64,000 nt of DNA, taken from positions 32,001-96,000 of the forward strand of contig CAWBHS010000110.1 in the NCBI GenBank assembly GCA_963788655.1, read 5' to 3'. The position numbers and the translations under genes were made by a program. Source of the stretch: an uncultured Verrucomicrobiae bacterium. GTDB lineage: Bacteria; Verrucomicrobiota; Verrucomicrobiia; Limisphaerales; JAFGQR01. The notes beneath the pieces were generated by a model. It ran no database searches. It was not told the origin of the DNA and saw nothing but the letters and a program-made list of their open reading frames with translations. The stretch's first letter is position 1. Each line of letters starts with the position of its first letter. Of this stretch, positions 9,701 through 20,137 are shown one piece after another.

Positions 9701-12420
9701 TCCCACGGGGGAATCCGTTTACCGGGGCGGTGAAGCCGGCTGGCCGGAAAGGGCTGCGCGCGGACATTTTTGGTGGAACCTGAGCGGTTACCATTCGGAA
9801 GGAGCCGGAACCTATGAAACCGCCGATGGTGCCGATGCCCCCGTCAGACAGCCGAACACCCCCGCCGGGCTGAGAGGAAGCTACAACCTGGAGGGGATCC
9901 AACAACTCATGGCTCCACCCCCTGTTGGTAAGAAAGATACTGGCTCATGCGAAGGACGACTACCTCGGCAGCCGCATCCCGGAAGCGGAAGCACGCTTGA
10001 AGGACTATGTCGCCGCGATCGAAACGTGCAAAGCGGACACCAACTACTGGGCAACTCTGAGCGAGATGGACCAGTTTGAACTGGAGCAGATGTGCAACGA
10101 GATGCAAATCCTGCGCCAACGGATCGCCAACGGCCTGGATTACTTTGGGAATCCGGCGGGGTGGGTGCCGATGCTGAGCTTCGAAGTGAACCAGACCTTG
10201 TTCAACAATGAAGTAGACCGCGCCATTGACATGCTCTATCTGTCATATTGGATTAGAAACAAGGCGGAGACTGAGCAGCAAAAAGTGGATGCCCTCTCCG
10301 CCGCACGCGACAAGTTGCGCGGCGAACTCGCCGAGGCCAAGACGAACTATAACGCGGCCGTGGACCGGCTTCCGGTCCTCAAGAACAAGGCGCTCACGCT
10401 GCAAAACCAAATCCTCGAAACGCAAATGGAGATGCAGTTCAAGGAGCAGGAGTTGCTCGAACAGACCGGTGATCCGGACTGGGTGACGGGCGTGAGGCTT
10501 GGCCTCAAGATGTCGGCCATGGTCTGCCAAATGGTCCCGGTCTATCAACCGGCCCTCGGGGCGGTCGGCGGCGGATTGAGGTTGGCGAGCGACTTTAATC
10601 CCGACACTCCCTGGACCACCATCACCGGCGCCGTGAATATCACAACCGCCTACTTGAACTCGTCCTACGAGAGCAAGGCCAAAGCACAGCAGAATGCGGC
10701 GCTAGGAATTGATCCCCAATCGGTTGAGTCACAGAAATTGCAATACCTCGGCAACCTGCGAACGGGCAGCACCGGCCTGTCGGCGGGGTTGAGCGACATC
10801 AACGGCTTTCTGGCTGCCCAGCAGGCGCCCAGCGCGGACATGCTGGCGGAACTGGAACGGCTCAAAAGTGAATCCCCGGAATACCAGGCGTTGGTCGAGA
10901 AGGTGCAGGGCCTGATGGCGGACGAGCGAAAATTTACCGACGAACTGATTACCACGATGCAGGCGGTCGCCACACTTTCCGACCTCATTACCCAGGACAT
11001 CCTGGCGATTGATGCCATGAACCGGCAGACTGCCTCGGGCCTGATCGTGCTCGACGAACGGGCCACGTCGTACTTGGGAGCCATGGAGCGGCGGGCTTAC
11101 GACCGGCTCCTGAAGTACCATTATTACATGGCCAAGGCGTACGAGTATCGCCTGCTTCAGCCCTACACCGCCCCGCTGGACCTCGAAGGGTTAATCACCA
11201 AGTTCCAGGACATTGCTGATTTAAACACGAACCAGTCGATCACCCCGGCACAGTTCAGTACTTTGAAAAGCGTGTTCAAGGATGCGCTGGCCCAGGTGGC
11301 AGAGACGATTTTCGATGAATACAATGCCAATCGGCCCGACAGCGCTGCGCCGAGGTTCTTTGAATTGACACCCGATCAGCTCGCCAAGCTCAACAGCAGC
11401 GGAACGGTGGTGGTCAATCTCGTCGAGGAAGGCCGGTTTTTCCCGTACGAAGAAAATGCGCGGATCATCCAGGTGGGCGTTGACAGCATCACCACCGCGC
11501 CAGTGGACGGAAACTACACGACAGCCTCCGAACTGGAGCTTTTCTGCGAGCATTCGGGCATCTCGAACTTGAAACTGGATGGGGTCGTGCATCAGTTCCG
11601 GCATTACAATCACGAAACCAAGAACCCCATCATCTGGGAAACCCGTTACTTTCCGTTCAACCAAGGCATCAGCAACTTGCAGATCAGCGCGGCCAGCACT
11701 TCTCTGTTGCGTTCGCTGCTGTCCGGAGACGCGGTGTCGGACATGCTGATTTACTCACGACCCGCCGCGTGGGCTGACCTGTACATCCGGCGCGATGTCG
11801 GTGGGCCGGTGGGGATCAACATCACGTCGCTGCGATTCGTGATGAATTATGACTTCACGCCGCGCAGCACGCCGACCCTGTTCAGGAATCTCGACGTGTC
11901 TGTGACCACGGCACTACCGGATGGCCAGGGCCAGATTGTCACCAATCAGTCGAGCATCACTCCCTACTTCATTGTGGACACTCCGGACGTGAACGGTCGG
12001 CAGGATGCCCGCGGGCAGTTCCTGCGCATTTATTTCGATTCCGAAACGGTGAACGTGACCGCTCAGGCCGACTACGGCGGGCTGGTTTTCGGCAAATGGA
12101 CTGACCGGTACGGCCGGGATTTGCCGGGCGGACCGCAAACCAACGCCACCATCCATTTGACCCTGACTGATGATAAAGCCATCTGCGCGCAGTACGTGCC
12201 GCTGACTTCCGTGCCACGCGTCCTGAGTTGGCCCGTTTTCTCCGCCCTTGGGGATACCTTTGCGCTCTCCTGGAACGGTTGTGGCAAGTTGAAGCTCCAG
12301 ACGGCCGCCAACTTGACCCCACCTGTCCCCTGGCAAGACGTGCCCGATTCAGTGAGCCGGAGCACCGTTGACCTGCCCACGACCAACAGCACGATGTATT
12401 TCCGACTCGTAATGCCCTGA
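6779..12420 (+). CDS. Very large secreted modular protein (~1,880 aa): Gly-rich/choice-of-anchor-Q-like region, FN3-like domain, helical toxin-like region, terminal module; frameshifts near 7200 and 9895
   Basis: ORFs 6779-7240, 7149-10079 and 9925-12420 join; signal peptide, DSGPGSLRAAI, DPALGPLQNN...SPAIDAG...DQRG...CDLGAYE, ATLNGTVNP...FEWG, GLDYFGNPAGWVPMLSFE. Confidence 0.8.
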
Positions 12421-12552
12421 CGCCCACCGGAAGGCCTTGAATGGTTAACGGGTTGAAACGTTCGAGGCGGAAATGGTGGAGCGGCTCGCGTGGGTTACGG
12501 ATAATTTGCGGGATCGAGCTTCGCCTTTTTCTTTGCGTGGGCTGTGACAATC

Positions 12553-12592
12553 AAAGCGGGAGCAAGCTTCATGCACTCTGAATACGTCGCGA
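12553..12592. repeat. Degenerate single REP-B half
   Basis: aaagcgggagcaagcttcatgcactct resembles the aaagcgggagcaagctcc.cgcactccaa copies at 37508 and 42320. Confidence 0.45.
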
Positions 12593-12630
12593 CTTTTGGA
12601 AGCCGCTATCCACTCGTTGTGGGTACGTCC

Positions 12631-13203
12631 TTATTTTGCCTGGTTCGCAAACTCATTACGGTAGTGTTCCCGACGTTCCATCACGGTTTGCACGTAGCGG
12701 CGGGTGCTGGGAAACCCGATTTGCCGGATGAACAAAATGCTGTTGGTGGCCGCCGCACCTCGGCTCCATTTGGCTACGTTGGATGGCCCCGCGTTGTAAG
12801 CGGCCAGCGCATACGGAACCGGATCGTCGGTCTTGGCATAGCGACGGAGCTGTTTGCGCAAATACCACGCGCCCGCCATGACGTTGCGGACTGGATTGAA
12901 CATCTGGAGGTGATTGAATCCCGCCAACCCTTCGGCGTTGGCCCATTCCTGGGCCGCCTCCGCGCGCAGTTGCATCAATCCGACTTCCCCTTTGGTTCCC
13001 TTGGCCTGGGGATTGAACCGGCTTTCCCGCCAGACGACGGCTTTGATCAAGGCGGCATCCATTCCGTAACGCCGCGCCGCTGCCCGGATGGCCCCATCCT
13101 GACTGTGGTCCCGCGAATATTGCCAATACTGAAGCAGCGCGATCATCCCGCCCAGCAGGATAATCGCGAGCCACCACCAGCCATGTCGCCGCATCCAATC
13201 CAT
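12631..13203 (-). CDS. Lytic transglycosylase (SLT domain), N-terminally anchored
   Basis: AVVWRESRFNPQA, GEVGLMQL, ALAAYNAG, TRRYV motifs; N-terminal TM helix. Confidence 0.9.
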   Translation of the reverse strand: MDWMRRHGWWWLAIILLGGMIALLQYWQYSRDHSQDGAIRAAARRYGMDAALIKAVVWRESRFNPQAKGTKGEVGLMQLRAEAAQEWANAEGLAGFNHLQMFNPVRNVMAGAWYLRKQLRRYAKTDDPVPYALAAYNAGPSNVAKWSRGAAATNSILFIRQIGFPSTRRYVQTVMERREHYRNEFANQAK

Positions 13204-13320
13204 TACATCCAGTCCGTTGAATCCGTTGTCCGCACCACCAAGCCATAAAGTTGCCGCGAAGAAAATCCTCTTTTCATTCCTGGTCGCTTGTTCGTGGCTC
13301 GGTTGGTAATTTCGGAACGC

Positions 13321-16300
13321 ATGATCGCGCGTGTCACCTTGGAAATCGCGCTCCGGAAGGAGTTCGACTACTTGATTCCGCCCGAATTGGCCGGGCGGAT
13401 CGAGGTGGGCAGCCGCGTCAAAGTGCCCTTCGGCCCGCGGCAGGTGATGGGGGTGGTTACCGGCCTGCCGGAAGCCTCACCGCATACCAACTTGCGGAGC
13501 ATAGTCAAAGTGATCGGCGCCCAAAGTCCCGTCACGCCCAAGGTGCTGGCGCTGGCCCGCTGGATTGCCGAGTACTATTGTTGCCCGACCGAGATTGCCC
13601 TCAAGAGCGTGCTGCCCGAAGCGGTGCGCCGCGAAAAACAAGGCTGGCGCGAACGCCTGTTTGTGCGGGCCCTACCGGTGACCGGCGAACCACCCAAGCT
13701 GACCCAACGCCAAGCCGAAGTGTGGAAGGTGATTACGGAATGGCACGAGCTGCCGTTGACCGAAATACTGCGCGTCGCCGACACCACGGCTGAAACTATT
13801 CGCCGGCTTGAAGATAAAGGCTTGGTCGCGATTCATTCGCAAGTGTCCGAGCGGGATCCTTACGCCCACGAACATATTCTGCCCACGCAGCCGCTGACGT
13901 TGAACCCGGAACAAAGCCGGGCATTGCGGGCCATCCTGGAAGCGATGGACCGCCCGCAACGTGCTGCCGGCGTCTCGCCGGCAGAAACGGACACGCCGGG
14001 TGCGCTCGCACTACGCGCACGCTCGAACTCTCCCCAGTCCGATGCGGATCCCCTGTTCGGTCTGCCGGCAGGATGCCGGCAGCACGCTCCGGCCAACGTG
14101 CTGCTGGCGTCTCGCCGGCAGAAACGGACCCGCCGGGCACGCTCGAACGATCTTCCCAGTCTGATGCGGATCCCCCGGTCGGTCTGCCGGCAAGATGCCG
14201 GCAGCACGCTCTAGCCAACGTGCTGCTGGCGTCTCGCCGGCAGAAACGGACCCGCCGGGCACGCTCGAACGATCTTCCAGTCTGATGCGGGCTCCCCCGT
14301 TCGGTCTGCCGGCAGGATGCCGGCAGCACGCTCCAGCCATCAAGACGCACAACGTCCCATTTCACCTTTCTTCAACAAAGACGCCCTGACTGAAAAGTAT
14401 TCCGGTTGGCTGCCTCATTGGCGGCAGGCAAGCAAGCTCTACTTTGTTACCTTTCGGCTCAATGATTCGGTGGCCCAGGATCGACTCCGCGCCTGGACCG
14501 AGGAAAACCGCATCTGGCTTTCCTGCCATCCCCAGCCGTGGAGCGACCACGATTGGAAAGAATACCACGAACGGTTTACTGAACGGATGGAGGCATTTTT
14601 GGATGCGGGCTATGGTTCATGTGTCCTCGCCCTCCCGGACATCGGCAAGCTGACCGAAGACGCACTGCATCATTTCGACGGCAACCGTTATCGGCTGGGC
14701 GACTATGTCGTGATGCCCAATCATGTTCACGTTTTGGTACAACCTGCCGGCGATCAGGATCTATCGTCGATTCTCCACTCTTGGAAGTCATTTACGGCCA
14801 AGCAGGCCAATCAACTGCGAGGAACATCCGGCGCATTCTGGCAGGATGAATACTTTGACCACTTGGTGCGAAGCGAAGCTCAATACAACAAGTTTTGTCG
14901 TTACATTCTGGAGAATCCGTCACAAGCTAATCTGCCGCCAACCCGCTACCGGTTGGGGAAAGGCACCTTCGCGCTTCAGCGTGCTCCGGGAGTCGGGTCG
15001 GCGGAACCGAACGCTCAGTGTGCGCTTGAAATCCAGTCACCGATCGAACCGACTATCTCCGCTCGATCTGCCGGCAAGATGCCGGCAGCACGCGCTCAGC
15101 CAACGTGCTGCTGGCGTCTCGCCGGCAGAAACGGACCTGTTGGGTGCGCTCGGACTATCTCCCCAGTCTGATGCGGGATTCCCCGTTCGGTCTGCCGACA
15201 GGATGCCGGCAGCACGTTGTTCCAGCACCACCTTTCTGCTTCACGGCGTCACCGGCAGCGGCAAGACGGAGATCTACTTGCAGGCCATCGCCCACGCGCT
15301 GGAGCAGGGCAAGGGCGCGATTGTGCTGGTGCCGGAAATTTCGCTGACTCCGCAAACCGTCGAACGGTTCAAAGCCCGGTTCTGTTCGGGCCAATTGCAG
15401 ACGCTGGTGGCGGTGCTGCATAGCCATTTGTCCGCTGGCGAACGGCATGATGAATGGCACAAGATCCGTCAGGGCCGTGCCCGCATTGTCATCGGCGCGC
15501 GCTCAGCTATTTTCGCGCCGGTGGAGCCGCTGGGATTGATCATCGTGGACGAGGAACACGAGCATACCTACAAGCAGGAGGAAGCCCCGCGTTACCACGC
15601 CCGCGACGTGGCGGTGGTGCGCGGTCAACGGAAGGTGCGGTCGTGGTGCTCGGTTCGGCCACGCCTTCGATGGAGAGTTATTACAATGCCAAGCGGGGCA
15701 AATACCAACTGCTCGAATTGCCCGACCCGCGTCGATGACCAAAAAATGCCGATCGTACGCGTGGTCGACATGCGCATGGAAACGCGCAAACAAAAAGGCA
15801 CCCCGATCTTCTCGCCTCAACTTAAGGAAGCAATCACCCAGCGACTTGAGAAACATGAACAGGTGATTTTGTTTCTCAACCGGCGTGGCTACTCGACGTT
15901 CGCTGCAATGTCCGCAATGCGGTTACGTGGCCGAATGCCCGAATTGCAGCGTCGCCCTGACCTACCATCGCCCGGTGCAAAAACTCCTCTGCCACATCTG
16001 CGGGCACGAAGCCGTCGCCCCGAAGGTGTGCCCCAATGAAACGTGCCGCAATCCGGCCATCCGCTACGCCGGACTCGGCACGCAGAAGGTCGAGGAAACC
16101 CTGGGCAAACTGTTTCCGCACGCGCGGATCACGCGCATGGACTCCGACGCGCTGAAGCGGAAGGACGATTACCGCCGCATCCTGAGCGAATTTCGCTTGG
16201 GCAAAATTGATATTCTGTCGGCACGCAAATGATTGCCAAAGGGCTGCACTTCCCAAACGTGACGCTGGTGGGCATCATCTACGCCGACCTGAGTCTGCAC

Positions 16301-16799
16301 ATTGCCGACTTCCGCGCTGGCGAACGCACGTTCCAACTGCTCACCCAGGTGGCCGGACGAGCCGGGCGCGGCGACGTGGAAGGCGAGGTGTTTGTGCAGG
16401 CGTTCACCCCGTTTCATCCGGCCATTCAATATGCGCGCCGTCACGATTTCGTCGGGTTTTACGAGCAGGAAATCGAGTCGCGGACAGCTCAAATATCCGC
16501 CGTTCAGCCGGATGGCGCTGTTGATACTCAAAGGCCGCAACGAGGATAAAGTCCGGTTTGCCGCCGACCATGTGCGCCGGGAGCTGGACCCGGCAACCGC
16601 GACGCTGGCCGACTTGGTCATTGCCGGGCCGGCGCCGGCGCCGTTGCTGCGAGCGGAAACGTTTTACCGCTACCAACTCATGATGCGCACGCGGCAGATG
16701 TCCCACTTGAGCCGCATACTGGCCAAGTTGACCGAAGGACTTGTCCTCCCGGAAGGCGTCACACTCACGGTGGACATTGATCCGGTGAACCTGGCTTGA
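13321..16799 (+). CDS. priA: Primosomal protein N' (replication restart helicase), carrying an internal REP/RAYT insertion and several single-base frameshifts
   Basis: EFDYLIP...[24 protein letters not shown]; after the insertion [49 protein letters not shown], four CxxC pairs, [21 protein letters not shown]. Confidence 0.93.
13957..14337. repeat. Three tandem REP-A doublets (REPINs) inside priA
   Basis: Units start at 13957, 14094 and 14216 (137, 122, 122 bp): CGTGCTGC(C/T)GGCGTCTCGCCGGCAG-spacer-CTGCCGGCA(G/A)GATGCCGGCAGCACG. Confidence 0.92.
14317..15171 (+). CDS. REP-associated tyrosine transposase (RAYT / TnpA-REP, Y1 HUH family)
   Basis: [21 protein letters not shown] (HUH), [24 protein letters not shown] (catalytic Tyr); flanked by REP doublets. 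Confidence 0.9.
   Translation: MPAARSSHQDAQRPISPFFNKDALTEKYSGWLPHWRQASKLYFVTFRLNDSVAQDRLRAWTEENRIWLSCHPQPWSDHDWKEYHERFTERMEAFLDAGYGSCVLALPDIGKLTEDALHHFDGNRYRLGDYVVMPNHVHVLVQPAGDQDLSSILHSWKSFTAKQANQLRGTSGAFWQDEYFDHLVRSEAQYNKFCRYILENPSQANLPPTRYRLGKGTFALQRAPGVGSAEPNAQCALEIQSPIEPTISARSAGKMPAARAQPTCCWRLAGRNGPVGCARTISPV
14977..15223. repeat. Two REP-A doublets closing the priA insertion
   Basis: Degenerate unit 14977-15100 (124 bp) and intact unit 15101-15223 (123 bp) that reads in frame into priA STTFLLHG. Confidence 0.85.
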
Positions 16800-17290
16800 C
16801 AACGTGCTGCCGGCATCCTGCCGGCAGATTTGGAACGGCGCGTGGGAAGTCACGCCAGTGGACAAAGTCGGAGCTGGCTCCTGCGTTCGTTTCTGCCGGC
16901 GGGACGCCGGCAGCACGCTGCCCAATGTGCTGCCGGCATCCTGCCGGCAGATTTGGAACGGCGCGTGAGCAGTCACGCCAGTGGGCAAAGTGGGAGCTGG
17001 CTCCTGCACTCGAATCTGCCGGCGGGACACCGGTAGCACGCTGCCCAACGTGCTGCCGGCATCTTGCCGGCAGATTTGGAACGGCGCGTGAGCAGTCACG
17101 CCAGTGGGCAAAGTGGGAGCTGGCTCCTGCGTCCGTTTCTGCCGGCGGGACGCCGGTAGCACGCTGCCCAATGTGCTGCCGGCATCTTGCCGGCAGATTT
17201 GGAACGGTGCGTGGGAAGTCACGCAAGTGGGCAAAGTCGGAGCTGGTTCCTGCATTCGTATCTGCCGGCGGGACGCCGGCGGCACGCTGT
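16800..17290. repeat. Array of four REP-A doublets, 123-bp period
   Basis: Units start at 16800, 16923, 17046 and 17169, immediately after the priA TGA; orientation opposite to the intragenic units. Confidence 0.95.
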
Positions 17291-17378
17291 TGGCGGCAGC
17301 TTAAACCCTCATGTCTCCCATTTCATTTCCGGGCTTTCGTTGTGCGGTGGTTCCTGCTAAACACGCCTCACAGACCAG

Positions 17379-20013
17379 ATGAAAACCAACTTGCTTCTAT
17401 TGATCGCCGCAGTGTGTTTCTGCGTTTCCGCCAACTGGGCGCACTCCGAGGACGAACTTGATCTCGGCCGCGAGGCCGCAGCTTTTTGGCAGGATTCAGC
17501 GGACGTCCCGACGCGCCAATATGCACCCAGCCGGAAGATCGACATTTTGCACCTGGCCCTCGACATCACGCCGGATTTCGAGCAACGCCGCATTCAGGGC
17601 ACCGCCATACTGCAGTTTAAACCGATCGCCCTGCCGTTACCGGAGCTGTGCCTGGATGCCGTGGACTTGGAGATTCAATCGGTGACGGCCACCGAAAAAG
17701 TCATGGGCTGGCAAACCACCGACGAGCACTTGGTAGTGACCTTCGACGAATCCATCACGCCCGGCAAAGAAACGACGGTGACCGTCCATTACCGGGCCAC
17801 GCCGAAACGCGGGCTCTATTTCCGCACGCCGGAGTTGGGTTATCGCCCCGAGGACATCCATTTGTGGACCCAGGGCGAATCCATTCAGGCGCGGTATTGG
17901 TATCCGTGCTACGACTCACCGAATGAAAAATTCACTTCGGAAATCACTTGCCGTGTTCCCCGGGGCATGATGGTGCTTTCCAACGGAAAACTCATGTCCG
18001 AAGAAGGCGACGCCGGCTCGGACCGAGTGGCGGTGCGCTGGCTCCAGGACAAGCCGCACGTCAATTATCTGATCTCCCTGCTCGCCGGGTATTTCAAGGG
18101 CCTGCACGACACGTATCGGGACATCCCGGTCAGTTTTTATACGCCGGTGTCCGAATTCGCGTGGGCCAGCAATTCGTTTGCGGGCACCAAAGACATGCTG
18201 GCGTTCTTCGAGCAGGAAATCGGTGTGCCGTATCCCTGGGCGAAATACGATCAGGTGTGCGTACAGGATTTTGTCGTCGGGGGCATGGAAAACACCAGTA
18301 TCACGACCCTGACCGACCGCACGTTGCACCCGTCGGCATTCGAGGATTTGCGCAGCAGCCAAGGGCTCGTCGCCCACGAAATGGCCCATCAATGGTTTGG
18401 CGATTTGGTGACCTGCAAGGATTGGGCGAACGTATGGCTCAACGAGGGTTTTGCCACCTATTACGAGAAGCTTTACGACGCACACCAACATGGCCGGGAT
18501 CAATTTCTTTACCGGATGTATCAGACCGCCCAGGGCATTCTCGCTCACGCCAACGACACGAATGCGATTGTCCGGCGCGATTTCAAGAAACCCGACGAAC
18601 AGTTTAGTTATCTCGCGTACCCAAAAGGCGCGTGGGTGTTGCACATGCTCCGTTGCCAACTGGGACCGGAGCTCTATCGACGTTGCATCCGGACTTATGT
18701 CGAACGCCATCAATATGCCACGGTCGTCACGTCCGACCTGATTGCGGTTATCGAGGAACTATCCGGCCGCTCGTTCGACCAATTCTTCGATCAATGGGTT
18801 TACCATGCCCATTATCCGGAACTGGCCATCAACTACGGTTGGGACGAACGCAGCAAACTGGCCAAAGTGACCGTGCGCCAAACGCAGAAACTCAGTGCCA
18901 ACGTGCTGCTGTTCCGACGTGCCGCTCCCGGTGCGCTTCAAAGGCAAATTCGGCGCCCTTGACCGGAAGATCATCGTGAACGAACCGGCGGAAGATTTCT
19001 ATTTTCCACTGCCCGAACGTCCGGAAATTGTGCGCCTCGATCCCGAATTGACCCTGTTGGCGAAGATCAACTTCCGACCGCCCACCGCGATGCTGCACGC
19101 CCAATTGGCCGATTCGACGGACATGCTCGGACGCCTGCTGGCGGTGGAACAATTGAGTGGCAAACGCGAAGCGTTGGACCGGTTGCAGGCCGCCCTGGGC
19201 CATGATCCATTCTACGGAGTGCGCCTCGCGGCGTCCAAGGCGATCCGTGCCGTCGGCTCGGATGAAGCCCTTGAAGCGCTGCTGAAATGCCTAAACGAAT
19301 CGGCCAAGAATGCGCAGGTGCGCGAGCGACTGGTGACGGACGCGACGAGTTTCTATCGCCAGAAAAGCTGGTCCACGGCGTTGAAGATTGCGGACGAGGA
19401 CGACAATCCCGACATTCAAGCGGTGGCCATTACGGCGCTGGGCGCTTGTCCTTCCGAGCAAGCCAAGGCCAAGATGGTGGACTTCCTGAGCGCTCCTTCG
19501 TTTCGCAATGTCCTGGCCGACGCCGCCATTGCGGCGATGCGGTCGCAGGATGATCCCGTTTACGTCGAACCTTTGCTGGCTTGTTTGCGGACCAACGAAA
19601 CGGCGTTTACCACCCGCGGATTTTCCCGCGCATTGGATACGCTGGCCTGGCTGGCACGCCATGACGAACATAAAGAACGCGTCCGGGAGTTTCTCTTGAG
19701 TCACATAAACCACCCGAAAGACCACGTTCAACGAGCCGTCATCAGTGCGTTGGGAACGCTGGGTGATTCTCAAGCGATTGCCGCGCTGGAGCGGTTCACG
19801 TACGGCGACGAGGATAGTCCCCTCCGGACGGCGGCGGATAAAGCCGTGGCCGCCCTGCGCGAGGAAAGAAAACCGGCCGTTGAGTTTCGTGCGATGCGGA
19901 AAGAAGTGCTGGACCTGCAACGAGCCAATCGTGATTTGCGAAAGGAACTGGACGACTTAAAGAAGCAGGTGGAGGCCGCAACCTCCCGCGAGCAAAAAGC
20001 AACTGCGCCATAG
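17379..20013 (+). CDS. M1-family aminopeptidase with C-terminal HEAT repeats and coiled coil (frameshift near 18915)
   Basis: Signal peptide, GGMEN, HEMAHQWFG...WLNEGFA, YPKGAWVLHML; HEAT-like repeats in ORF 18895-20013. Confidence 0.9.
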
Positions 20014-20137
20014 CCGTTCAAAAAATCGATTCGGAGTTCCGCCGTCGGGCAGCAGGCAGCCAAAACAGGTAGCGCGGATATTTATCTCCCAAACTGTACT
20101 CGACGTAACCATTCCGGAAATTACACTTCCGCCCGTT

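Noticed and set aside
14317..15171. Ordinary IS200/IS605 element
   Set aside because: No tnpB; LPHW, TFRL and YILENP motifs plus multiple REP doublets fit a RAYT.
13957..15223. Intein or self-splicing intron in priA
   Set aside because: No intein terminal residues (Cys/Ser start, His-Asn end), no LAGLIDADG or reverse transcriptase motifs, and no recognisable intron ends.
15600..16500. Programmed frameshifting or a decayed priA pseudogene
   Set aside because: No slippery-site pattern, all helicase motifs are intact, and similar breaks occur throughout the window.
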